DNA of 38,072 nt from Gonapodya sp. JEL0774 (taxonomy: Eukaryota): contig JADIIX010000177.1 of assembly GCA_027604505.1 (NCBI GenBank), forward strand, positions 1 to 38,072, given 5' to 3'. The notes beneath the pieces were generated by a model. That model was not told the origin of the DNA, made no database searches, and saw only the letters and a list, made by a program, of their open reading frames with translations. The translations under genes and the position numbers were made by a program. Shown piece after piece: positions 22,131 through 34,598 of this stretch; the first letter of the stretch is position 1, and every line of letters begins with the position of its first letter.

Positions 22131-24298
22131 CTAGAACCACTTCTTCAATCCCTCCACGAGAGCATTGAGCTCTTCCGATGACTTCGCTGCACCGTAACAG
22201 AACGACCGCTCAGGCCTTACTAGCGCGACCTCTGTTTCGCCATTTGCGATAAACCAGTCAGCAAGGACGCTATCCTCCTCCTTCACCACCACCACGTCCG
22301 AAACCTTGCCAGAGAACCCATCTTTGGTGTCACGAGGAAGACACGCCAGCTTTTGGACTCCCACACCGGCCAGGAACGCGGCGTTGTCGGAAGAAAGCCA
22401 TTCCGCGACCGAATCGACGTTTTTTCCGATGAGAAGGAAAGTCTGCTTGGTGGGGCTTGGCAGAGCATCGTCCATCATCTTCCGTTGACCGTCGCCTGTG
22501 AAGACATATGGCTGCACGAAGGATTTTCCGGCACCGGGAGCACCAGACGCGATAATTCCATCCTCCACGATAGGCATCCTGTCCTCCCAGCTCGACTTGT
22601 GTCCACTCTTCATCGCCATACGCATTCCAAAGTCGCGCTTCGCAGCTTTTTCGGCATCGAGTTCGCCGATGAGAACACCGAGACCTCGGGCTAAATCAAC
22701 CACTTTGGTGCTGAAGATATTGAGCTCCTTGTCGTAGCTGGTGAGCAGTTGGGACTTGCTCGGATGGATGGTTTGTTGGTTCCGAAGGTAGTAAGCGAGT
22801 CTCCACCCCAAGAAGTTGGCATCACGGACGCCACTGCAAAGGCCTTGACCCTTTTCAAGTTACAAGTGTTTTGAAAAATGTCAGCAATCAAGAAATAAAC
22901 GTCCCGCGATAGTCTCTCCCAGTCACTAACCATGAAGGGCGGCATTTGGTGGGCTGCATCGCCTGTAAGGAACACTCTCATACCTTTGGATGCGAGGTTC
23001 TCAGCCACTAGAGTGTGCAAGTTGTACACAGCGATCCGCCAAGGTTTAATAACGGCATCATCGTGGAGGTGCTGGGCGAGAATTTTCTTGCACAGATCGA
23101 ATCCTGTTTCCGGGTTCGCGTAATCTTCGGGGTCTGACAACAGAGTTTAGAATCATGAGCAGAGTCTCAATCACAACATAGTTTCGTCATACTCACTGTC
23201 ACCTTCCAACAACTTGATCTCCCAGCGTCGGAGTGTCCCCGGGCAAGGGAACGTCAGCGCGGGGCGTTTAGCGTCACAAAAGATGTATCCGCGGGTGGGG
23301 TCCATGGAAGTCGTGGCCTCTCCGGTGATCCACGCATCCAGGGCGACCCAGGGCTTTTGGATAGCAGTTGATCAGTTTCGGAAAATAGTCGGACCCCATG
23401 AACACTACAATCACTGATTGACCCACCTCGTCGAACCCCAGACTTTTGTACTTGATGCCGATGCTCTTTCTGACAACGCTGGCACCACCATCCGATCCCA
23501 CGACAAACTTGGACTTGATCTTAAAGGTCTCGAGAACAGTCTCGTCCTTTGCTTCCGGCTCCACGTTACCCTCCTTTGCTTCCGGCTCCACGTTACCCGT
23601 GACCTCCTTGAGTTTTCTGACAGCCAGGGTGACGACGTCTTCAGATTCTTCGAGTCCAACCACATCGTGACTCAGGAGAACTTTGACACTCTCTGGGAAT
23701 CGGTCGACTCCTGTGCGGAGGTACTCCTCCAACTCCGTTTGGATGATGGCTTGGGCAGGGTGCCATGCTTGACTGTATGGAGGAGGCTGGAGTGTTTGAG
23801 GTGGGAAAACCAAATTCAGAATAGTTCCATTACGCGATGTTGTTCATATCCTTGGACACTCACAGGGATGTCAAAGTTCAAAATGGGCTCTCCGTCGATG
23901 CCGAGATACGTCCCACCAGTCAATCGACTATTTGACAAATCGTCATGAGGCATGGACGTCAAAAAACGAGGGTAGGAGAATGGGAATCGACAAGTTCGAT
24001 TTCGTACCTCGATTTCTCAATGTAGTCTGTACCAGCCTGGATCATCTGCATACACCTCCAGGCCTCGGGATAGCATCCGATGCCTCTAGGCTTGGGGTAA
24101 ATGTGACCGGTACGCTCGATGAGACACGTTTTCACTCCAGCGTGACCCAAGATGTTGGCGAGGATGCCACCAGTGGGACTTGAGAAGAGTCAGCCAGCTA
24201 AAATCAGCGGAGGCAATCGAGGTATGTAGCTGAAGGGAAGAGATCGCTCACCCGTATCCGACAATGACAACATCGTAATCGGTGTTCTCGACAGTCAT
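22131..24298 (-). CDS. FAD-dependent aromatic-ring monooxygenase, MhpA (3-(3-hydroxyphenyl)propionate hydroxylase)-like; multi-exon
   Basis: YDVVIVGYG|PTG (GxGxxG), VVGSDGGASVVRKSIGI (DG motif), CDAKRP...RRWEIKLL, RVFLTGDAAHQMPPFM|GQGLCSGVRDANFLGWRL (GD motif), and C-terminal ALVRPER. Confidence 0.9.
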
Positions 24299-25292
24299 TT
24301 GAAAAGTGTTGTGATTGATTAGGAGATACCACTGGGAAACCACTCAAAGCAAGAGAAAAGAAGGCGAATCTGACAGCTCTTCATGGTTGCGAATAGGTCG
24401 GTTATTTGAAGATGGCAGAGTAATGCTGCCGGTGTGTTGGGGGGCATGTGTGTCAAGAAAGTGCCGACCGGGTCATCGTGCAACATGGAATATCCGACAC
24501 TCCCGTTTTCTGGGAACCGGATCATTGGAGTATACCAAAACATTTCACAACATCAAGATTGGCAAGGTTGGGAACTTAGATCGTGGACGGGTTTGTGTGA
24601 GACCTGGAACAATGGAACACTTCAATTACACTCATTACGTGTGCTACACGCGAGTGTGAAGGACTGTAATACTTACTTCCCGAAACTTCGTTGCATTTCG
24701 TGAATCTGTGTGCATGCGGGCTGTTGTCATAGTTCCACATTTTAACGCACCACTCCCGTCCCTGAACCATGAAGCGCCGCCCACCTGCTACAGCATTCTC
24801 TCAGCCGCGCCGTCCAGCGACGACAGGTGACAATATTCCGGGCAGCACACATGGCGCCATGAAAGCCTTCTATGGTGAAATCCTCGTCGAGGACAAGATC
24901 AATGTCGCGGCGGCATGCCTTGCCAGTCTCAATGCGCACAGATGTCCTAGCACCAAGCTTGCCGTCATCGCCTTTGCAGGCGATCTTCTCGGTCCCCTGA
25001 TATCGCTCCGATACTCTCGATGTTGTTGGCAGCCGAATTATATACATATATTGCACGCGATTGAGTTCATTGTGGTTTGTGGATACATACTTAAAATTCT
25101 GCGTTAACTCTCATCTGCCTCTGGAGAGAAGAAATGGGCGATGGGTGATGGGATGACTGTTGAGTTCAACTATTCTAACAGGCATCAACGGCCAACCACT
25201 TTGCATCTACGTTCCCTAGGAACCCTAGAGAAGCTGCAAGGGGATCAGGCTGGCGTTTGTCGAATTTTCACCGTTGGATGCCCCCCCCCCCG

Positions 25293-25388
25293 NNNNNNNN
25301 NNNNNNNNNNNNNNNNNNNNNNNNNNNNNNNNNNNNNNNNNNNNNNNNNNNNNNNNNNNNNNNNNNNNNNNNNNNNNNNNNNNNNNNN
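25293..25388. other. Assembly gap (96 N) following a poly-C run
   Basis: Run of n characters. Confidence 1.
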
Positions 25389-26489
25389 CTCCTTTTCGTG
25401 CAATTGTGTTGCCCTCGCAACTGGATGAAACCGCCCTTCTCCACCCCACACCGCATTCACGTCTTACGCTCTGCACTTTTCACCAGATTCACCATACCCT
25501 CTGTGACTCCCTCGTTTTTTGCCGAGCGCGACCTCCTCAGAGCATTCCTTTTCGACTTCTCTGTGGACTTTCCCACCACCACATTGCACGCTTGAGCCAC
25601 CTGCTATGGTCCGGTGATTGTGGATGACGGAAGCAGCCGCCTTAGGGAATATGTGCTCCGGGTAGGAGTGGGACCGGGGGGTGGAACTTGGACCGACGTA
25701 CACTGATGGACGTCGTGGCATTAACAGCAGGTTGTGTCGAGTCTCAAAGAGTAGAGACCAATGTGGAGATCGAGTCCCTATCAGCACCCACCTTGGGGGG
25801 GATCTGGGTCTGGTAAGGCGATTCATCATGGTGAGAGAGACCACTCGGGTTCGGGGACGCCGTACGATCCACGGCCTTCATGCCGCAACCCCTCCTACTT
25901 CCACAACCGCGATCGATAATGCTGACTTGTCCGGAACATCTGTATGGACCGGCTACCTCAGCCTGTCCACACGGTCCCACCACCCAAGTTCAATCTCTCA
26001 ACTTTGACATCGTTCAACCCCACGTCATCCCACTTATCACAGTCCCGCGAGTCCGGCGTCCTGTCAGGCGCCCAATTTCAGGTCGAAACTGGAAAGCTAC
26101 AACCTGAAGTGGTCCCGTCTTGTCGCGCGTTTTTCGCAGGCATGGAGCTGGTGGGGTGTTGGGCAGGTTTGTTCCGGCGCCTGGTGACAAGGTTGTCGTT
26201 GGTGTAAATAAGCCCAATGGCAGCTCAAGACTCAAGATGTGAGTTCCTTGGTGTAAAGAATCTGCCTGACGAAATGTTCCGAATCTGGTTCCGTTATTGA
26301 GGTGCAAGCTCTGGATAATAGTACTACGAAATGAATGGGGAATCGACCGAGTGGGGAGCATTCCGATAAGGTGTATCGTGATGAGGTGTTATCACTTTTC
26401 ATATAACAAAATAGACAACGCCACACAAACCCTGTCCCTCAGGCGGAAACCAATTTCGCATCAAGTTCCAAACCCCGTTTGCCCGTAGA

Positions 26490-29382
26490 ATGGATCGTCA
26501 ACTGCGACGCCTCGTGCTCTCGAGTCTCTGGGCCGTCGGGTTGGCAATCGTACTCTCAATTTCCATTGTGACGGTCGGAGCGGTCCCCAATCGAACAAGA
26601 CCCGCCTGTGACACTGTGTACGATGCCAATGTGGACTACTTTCCCATCAAGGTTGAGCCAAGTGAGTGTACCTAATCATATTCAGTGGGGTTTTTTGCTC
26701 ATTGCTTGGTCGCTCAATCCGCAATATCATCCACTCCTCCTCTGCATTTACCTGCCTGCTTTGACTGTTTCCGGCCGAAAACAAGCTCTTGCCAAATACT
26801 GGACTATTGAGTATCACAAAAGCTACAAGGTTCTGCGGAATTCTCCTGCGAAAACCACTTATGTCGTTTGTGAGTATGTAGTGCTTGGTCATAGCCCCCA
26901 CAAGAGCATATCGAGGATGCGAACAGCGCAGGAGTTTCTTTCTTTATCAATATCCAAACGTGTATCACACTCATGGATATTAATGGCGTCGTTATCGTCT
27001 CGTCTCAACTCCTCACTTTGATTCCTCCAGACCAGTGTGGTACCCCGACACCCACCAATGCGAGCCTCACCGGAGCATTGTTTTTCACATCACCACTATT
27101 CTTGGCTGGTACCACGAGCCGAACGATGACACGGTTTCTCGAGGTGAGCGTTGCCACCCACGACGAGGTTCGGTGTGTGAGCGGGAGGTCATTTTCCGAA
27201 ACGGAATCATTGGTCAATGCATCTTGAGAATATCATCAATTTGCGAGGTATCGTGTGTGAATGCGAGGAAGGGGAAGGGGAAGTGGATTAGTTTCGTGGA
27301 GATACACGGCGGGAAACCATAATGTCGTTGACACGATTCGGTCACAACGGCTGTAAGAGTGGAAGTTCTCTGCGCCCCATTCTTTGGTCCACAGCAAACT
27401 CAAACCTGTGTTCATTGTTTTGGGCACATAGCGTCTGGGCCTCCGAGAGCACATCATCTACGTACCCAACGTTGACAGAATCAGTTCACCGTGTGTTCTC
27501 AAGCTCGCCCAATCCAACTACACCTTTTCTATCCCAAAGAGCAATTGGGATGGATCTGACGTTGATATTTTGTTTAATCGAGGCCCGGGCGTAACGGACA
27601 ACGAGACCGTGATCGACATTCCCACCAAGGAGGTCATTGTGAGTACCTGGAGGTGACGTGAATCAGCACGCGTTTGTCGTCGTCTGCGCATATGGGCGCT
27701 CTCTGGCGGGTTGAGGAAAGCGGCTTTCCCTGTCGGTTCGCTTTCTCCGCATTCTTTGCTGATATTGTGGACACTTTTCCAGGTCTCGTCACTGTACGAA
27801 GATACACCTCTTCAAAAGTTCGAGTGGATAAAATTCGTCGCGGCATTCTTCAACCTTGAAGCAAGCGCAAATGCAATTTTTGACGCTGGAAAATCAACGT
27901 ATGATTGCAACGTTCAAAGTATCAGTGCCAGCCTTGCAACATTTGGTGGTAAGAAACCCACAGTAGCCTGGGTCGGTTACAATGTAAAGGACAACAACTT
28001 CATCACCGAAGATTGGACTTACAAATCTCAGATCATTAAGGATGCCGGTAAGCCATTCGCCATTACAAACACATTTTGTTTCGTCAACCGGCTGACGTCG
28101 AATCCCTTAATTACTTCTTGGGGTCATCTCCCGAACAGGAGGCACCGATATTGTGTTCCCCACGAAGACACTTCAAGCCGACGTCAAGTCTTTAATTCGC
28201 AATGCGGACGTTCTGATTGAAGATACACCCAATGTCGCGCGGCTGTCATCTATCCTGGGCAGCTACGGACTCACCGTGAACACCACTGATGGATGGTCAT
28301 TTGTTAGCGAGAAGAGGATATACAAGGTCGATAAAGTCGTCACCGTCAATTCGTTCTTAGACGGTGAGTTGTGCAACATCTTTTTGGCGGAGCCGAACTT
28401 TGCCCACAAGTTACCAAACTAAACTACCAACGGACACTCTGCTCTCTGTTCAGATTTCTCGCAATCATTTTGGGCCATGCCTGACTATATTCTTATGGAT
28501 CTGATTGATATTCTCTTCCCAACGTTCAACCCTCCATGGAATACTGTCTGGTTCCGTAACATTGGCGGTTGTAGGTGGAATCCTCACACCTATTAGTAGG
28601 TTTCATTGTTTCAACACACATTGTTTTATTCCACAGTCGAGCAACAAAAAGTCACCAACTCCTCGGATTGTCCGAACGGAGATACGGCCTCTGTGTTTAC
28701 CGCGTCTTACCCTGCCCTTGGTTGCATCAAGGCAACTGACGTCTCTAACAATGTGGCATCCAATCATTCCACGACATCTGCGGCGAGCTCACCTGCTGCT
28801 ACTACATCTGCTGTTGCTGCAGCCGCTACAAGTGGAGCTTCCAAACCCACGGAGTCCTCGTCTGGCACATTGTCCACGACAGCAATCGCTGCTTCTTTAG
28901 GAACGCTCGGTGCTATTGCAGTCATCGTTGTTGGAGTGCTGTTATATCGTCGTAGTAAAGTTCGTGGATACATGCGCGATCGCACTCCGGCAGCAACTCC
29001 GATTGTATTCTCAGCAGGACGTGATTCAAGTACAGTGAGCGCCAAGCTCTCCCGATGGACAAAGATGCTCTCCCCTCGTCGACGGAAGGCTGACGAGATC
29101 TTGACTGATGCGGAGGCGGATGCGCTGAACGACACCATGTTGTCTCAATGGCCCAAACAAGACCCTACCTCAGCCCCAATAGGTACGGAAAAGGAGAGTC
29201 TCACGGCCGCATCGGATCCACAATCAAACGTTGACGTGGCTGGCACGCTATCAGGTGACACGGCCTCCCCGGAACCGCCGGCCCGCGGCCGATGGACGAA
29301 AATGACGTCCGCCACTCTCATGCCGGAGACCGACGATACGGAGCATGCAGCTCTAACAGGGCCGCGGGCTAGTTCGAGTTGA
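26490..29382 (+). CDS. CBA1-like / periplasmic-binding-protein-fold membrane protein, paralog 1 (signal peptide, C-terminal TM); multi-exon
   Basis: CDTVYDANVDYFPIKVEP, WTIEYHKSYKVLRN, QCGTPTP, SPC, YEDTPLQKFEWIKFVAAFFNLEASANAIFD...YDC, KPTVAWV, PDYILMDLI, WFRNI; Ser/Thr/Ala stalk; TM AIAASLGTLGAIAVIVVGVLLYRR. Confidence 0.8.
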
Positions 29383-29985
29383 ATTCATGGTTGAATTCAT
29401 GGCACGGTTCCCCTGAATGTTGACATTTTGAGTTTTGCCAAATATACGCATTCTTCTCCTGGAGAGCTATTATGTATTCTAGTACTCTAAAGAACTCAAA
29501 CTACGGTGGTTTTCTTTTCGTTCAGTTCTCCGGATTGAGCGCCTCGAGGTAACCGTGAGAATACATGAATCGGCTCTCGCTGCACTTTGCGTTGAGTCGA
29601 GGAGCAGAGAGGAATATTCCGGAAGCATACATATTGCTCGTCTACTTTATGTAATGTAAATAACCATCGTGGTGTTGTGGGCGTTTGCCTGGGCGTGATG
29701 TAGTTCGTAAAAAGTTGCATTCAATCTTCGCCACCCCCCCCGCGAATACGGAATATCCCTCCCACACCATTCCTCCCCAATCCCACCCTAATCACGCATC
29801 TCGCAGGCAGACCCAGTGTTTTGCGTCGCCGTGCAACGACGAATGACAAAGTTGGATATTGGCAGAGGTTCGTCGTGCAGACACGGTGATGGATTGCTTG
29901 TTCAATATACAACTGAACATTCCGAAAGTTTTTTCTTCCATTTTCTCGATCGTCCGCCATAAGTCCACCACAACGACAATCGCTG

Positions 29986-32147
29986 ATGACTTTGATCGGA
30001 TCCGATCTCGGGATCGTAATAGCTCTCTTACTCCTTCTGCTGGTGTCCTTGTCCAATACTGCCGATTCAAGCGAGCGCCGTTCGTGCGAGAACCTGCAAC
30101 CATTTGACCCACAACGGGACTACTTCCCTGTAAAAGCTGCTAAACGTGCGTCCAGCCACCTCCCCACGTAGTTCTTCGGGTATTGCTGACCCATCGTCAC
30201 ACGATTGATTCAAAGACCCATCTCCCCACTGGACTGTTGAGTACAAGAATTCATACAAGATAGTCTGGAACACCTTAATCAATCAATCATATGTTCTATG
30301 TCGGTGTAGTGTCGTTTAAAATGCTCTCATGTTGTTTATTCTGTCCATTTACCATTACTCCGCTCTCATTTTAAGACATGTGCAACACTCCTCATCCATC
30401 GACGAACCTCTTCTCTGCAGGAACGAAATTTTTTTCCGTACCAGCATCGTTTGCAGCGGCTGCACATCCAGCAACGATCAGATTCATTGAGGTGACTTGT
30501 CAAGTGTGTTGTATGCGAATCGCACTCGCTGATCTCGGTCACCTGAATCATTTGTAGCGCCTGGGAATCCGTAATCGTCTCCGCCATGTTCCTTCTGTAG
30601 GATCCCTTACATCACCTTGCCTGCTTGAACTCGCACGGGAAGGCTTCACACAAGGTGTTAATCCGGGGTGGAATGGGGAGGACGTCGATGTGGTTTTTGG
30701 AGCTATTGGCACAAATGACTCCGGTGTCATTAGTGACTTGGATGTCGCTTCTATGCGCAATGGGGTGGTCGTGTGTATCTTCGGCCCGAAGTCCACTCCA
30801 GTATTCTACACATTGGAACTAATGCAGATTAAAATCAATTGACAGCTGCCCCTGCCCCCAGAATCACCTCCACTGGAACATTCGTCTTTGCTCATACTCG
30901 CATCTCTATTCTTCAACCTCGAAGAGATCTCGAATACTATGTTTACAAACATTGAGAGATCGTATTCGTGTGCTGCAAATGGTGCAACTGCGGCTTTGCA
31001 ATCCGAAGGTGGGCGGCGGCCAGTCGTTGCCTGGATGGGTCGTAGAGAAGATGGAAAGATTGGGACTGAAGCGGCAGGATGGAAAAGTCGAGCTCTCATG
31101 GATGCTGGTTCGTTTCGGTTTCATGTTCCGTGGCGTTGCTCCTGGACATGTGGCAGACAATTCTAAGAGAATCCGGCTGCTCAAATTCAGGAGTCACATC
31201 GATTGTTTCACCCTCGTTTGCGGATCCACTCGATATTCTTCCTTCTCTTCGGTCCGTGGATGTTCTCATTGACGACACAATCGGCAGTGAAACGATGTCG
31301 GACGTTGCCCGAGCGTATAGCCTCAGTGGTGAAGATTACGCCAAATATGCTTTTCTGAAAGATAAAATGGTGTTTCGATGGGATGCGCGGAGGAGCAGAG
31401 GTGGTGTGGACGGTAGGTTCATGGTAACCTCCCCTCGGGTAAACATAGTTTAAGGCCATGGCCGTCGGCGCAGATTTCCCTCGATCTCAGGCAGCTATGG
31501 CAGATCATATTATTCGGGATCTTGTCGCAGCGTTATGGCCAGGGGCTGTGGGAAAGGGTTGGCGGCGAGAGTGGTTGAGAAACGTTGCAAGAGGTGATTG
31601 TCTTGGTTCCTACTCGAGTCACTCCGGAAGCTTCTTTTCTCTACTGATGTATAATTCTCTCCATAAACTATTAGGTGACCCGTTTATTCACGTATCTGCA
31701 GACTCATGTCCAGGAAATAATACGTCATCCAATTTCGACGCCACTTTTCGAGAACCGGAATGTCAATCCACGCCTCCAGAGTCACCTAACCCCGAAAGTG
31801 GTTCTTCTTCCATGGCATCCAGCACTCGTGCAACTCTCTTCAATCCGATACCATCATCTACCGAACTCTTCCCTTCAACGAGCACAACTGTGCCAGACAA
31901 GCTCTCACAACAACCGAATCACTTCAACTCCGCGATTCCAATCGCTGGATCTCTCCTTGCTGCAATTTGTGTTCTGGGCATTATTTCGTTCGCGCGCATT
32001 CGACGGCGATGGCAGAGGGAACGTGGTTATGTTGAGCTTGAACGCCTCGAAGGCGGAGCCGAAGAGCCCGATCAGCTGTACAGTAGCGGCTCCGGAGCCC
32101 CACTTGGCAGCGGAGAAGAAGTTGGGTGGGAAGGGGAGGATGAGTAA
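29986..32147 (+). CDS. CBA1-like / periplasmic-binding-protein-fold membrane protein, paralog 2 (diverged); multi-exon
   Basis: Signal peptide; FDPQRDYFPVK, WTVEYKNSYKIV, YMCNTP, TIRFIE|RLG, TSPCL, LFFNLEEISNTMF...YSC, RPVVAW, DVLIDDT, DHIIRDLV, WLRNV; TM IPIAGSLLAAICVLGIISFA. Intron positions parallel those of paralog 1. Confidence 0.78.
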
Positions 32148-32381
32148 ATGTTTTGGCACATTTTGCCCGCATGCACGATCTGGTCGAGTTCAATTTCGAA
32201 TGTGTATTCTTGTCATGCTTAGAAAAATATACTTGTAATACTTATTTACACACTTTATGAACATTCAAGATTGTGACTTTGGCAAGTGGTCTGGATTATG
32301 AGAGAGCAAAAAAAAACAGTCACCTAGAACAAGGTCAGAGGCAATCCCTCTGCCGTCCGAGTACCAGCGACCAGAGCATTG

Positions 32382-34388
32382 TCATGCTCCTCGAGATAAC
32401 TCTTTGGGAGGAATGGATTGCATAGATATCCCAGCTGGCCCCGGCAGAGTGGAAATACCATTTGCCATCGCAACCTCTGGCGATATGATCCACAATGCCT
32501 CGCCAGTCCCAACTGAAACAAGGCTCATTACACCCTTCTCCATTCCTGGCAAGGACACGCCCGACGTTGCCGGAGGTTTTACGGAGCGATTTGTCCAGCT
32601 AAATGGCGGTTGCGTCATTTGATATGGATGATAGTATGGAGAGTATCCAATATGTGAGAGGTCGCCTGCGCCATATGGCATATGGGGATGGAAATAACTG
32701 ATTGGCGCATAGGTCATGAGAGGGTGGTATGGAGGCCGTGTCTGTGTTTGAGATCGACTTGGACCCTGGGAGGACAGCCCACGTGATTGTGAGTATTTGG
32801 TCCCAAACGAACGATTACTAAGACAAAAAAAGGGGTCCACTTACAGAATGTTGTTGGCTCGTGTATGCGGGAGTTCGTGTGGAGGTCATTTTGACGGAAG
32901 TACCTGGGGATGACAAACTATGATCCCTTTGCGGCGGTGTCTTTTCCGAGCTTCCACTGGTAACAGCTAAAAGAGGTTGCAGCGTTTTCTTGGTGGAGGT
33001 TATGGATTTCGGGTTATTCGAATGTTTTGTTTGCGGGTTGGATTTAGGATCGGTGGAACTCTGCGATGGAGGAAGTCACAAACACGAGTTCAAGTGAGTG
33101 GGGTCCAATCGATTACAATCGGAGTTCGGGTGCGAGGAGCGGCTGGGTCTTTACCTGAGATTGCATACCGGTCTCTGTCGAACTGCCAACGACAAAAACG
33201 TTTGGCCGTTTAAATGCGACTTTAGTCCCTTGTTCGCATTCTACAGCAATCCACGAGCCGTCATCGTTCCTTTCAGTCATGTTTATCACACGTGCCGGGT
33301 CATAAAGCAGATTTGCTGCGTCCCCTTTGCCCAAGATTACCTTTTCGGAGCATACAGTCTGGAAGGATTGACTCTGCGGTTTCGTACGTGGTCGCTTGCT
33401 CGAACGCAGAGTTCGATCTGACGTATCACGTGCCATACGGTCATAGAAAGGCTCACAATTTTTGTGCTCTAACTCGGCGAGCCGCTCTTGTTCAGTCTTT
33501 CGGGGTGTGATCAAGAAAGCCGTAGCCGCAATTGGATTTTTTTTGCGCACTGCTCCAGCGTTTGAGTTAGCAGCATTTCCTTTATGGTGGCTGTGGCTCA
33601 GGTCACTCACAGTATTCATATCGCAAAGCACCCGCTGGAACTTTCGGCCTCACTTCGCCTCTGTGAAAGTGCACCCACTGCCAGCACGCTTTTTTCGAGT
33701 GATGTCACTTCACGAACTTCAATTGGGAATAAGAACAATTGAAGTAATTACCATTGCAATAAAGTTCACCTTCCCTCCGACGCCATCTACGATAAGTGAA
33801 ATCGTGAGGACGCAGCACTTAACGGCGACCGAGACGGAAGAGGGTGCATACGAAATTCTTCACCTAGGGGTCGTTCTCGCTTGACAATTAGTGCATTGAC
33901 GATGCGGCGGTTCATTAGACAGTTTGCCATCACTGGAGTATGCTATTGACTCTCGTGGTATCGCCAAGTGTGTTTCTTCGGGTTCGATTAATCCAGCATC
34001 CGAGTCGCTAGAGGCTACCTCGATTCCAGCAGATGAGCTACAACTCCTTTCAAGTTTCTCCACACAGTCTTCTTCGCCAAGTGGCCAGCAGTCTTGATTG
34101 CAGTAGATCTTGTCGCTCAGTACATCGCAGTCGTCGTGAACACTCCAAACACAACTAACCTCGACAAAGCGCCTTTCCTTGAGCCATTAATTTATTTCCA
34201 CTGCTCTCCCTGAAGCACTCTTGACAAAGCCATGAGGGGAGGTTCGAAGATTGATGTTGAACAGTGTTCGCACTTGAAAGAACTGAATCTGATGTTTTCC
34301 CCAGACTCGCAAGCGCTTGCTGGGTGACGCATGAGTCACCGTTTCCCGAAACGGTAATCTCATTGTCTAGGGGGCAACCGGAGTCCAT
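32382..34388 (-). CDS. GATA-type zinc-finger protein with two CX2C-X16-CX2C fingers; multi-exon (start codon tentative)
   Basis: Spliced fingers CQECFRESSGNKLMAQGKALCR|DC and CTNCQARTTPR|WRRREGELYCN|ACWQW, followed by basic and Pro/Tyr/His-rich regions; stop at 32382. Confidence 0.75.
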
Positions 34389-34598
34389 GTCCGGGGGCGA
34401 TTGGTGGTATTGTCGGCACACTGAGCATCAGTTGGTCACTCCCTTTCGTGGGAGTACACCCATCCTCACTCCCCGGACCTCCCAACAAAATGAGAAAAGC
34501 TTTCAACGAAGTGAGTTCACCTCACGTCGCCCATTTTCACAAAGAGCGATTGTATCATCACCGTAGCTACTCAAACTTACAAGAAATAGTTCCAATGC

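Noticed and set aside
24769..26110. ORFs around the assembly gap
   Set aside because: No identifiable homology; those spanning the Ns are artefacts.
29378..29401. 12 bp tandem duplication gttgaattcatg over the stop codon
   Set aside because: Real but most likely simple slippage; nothing supports a transposon footprint.
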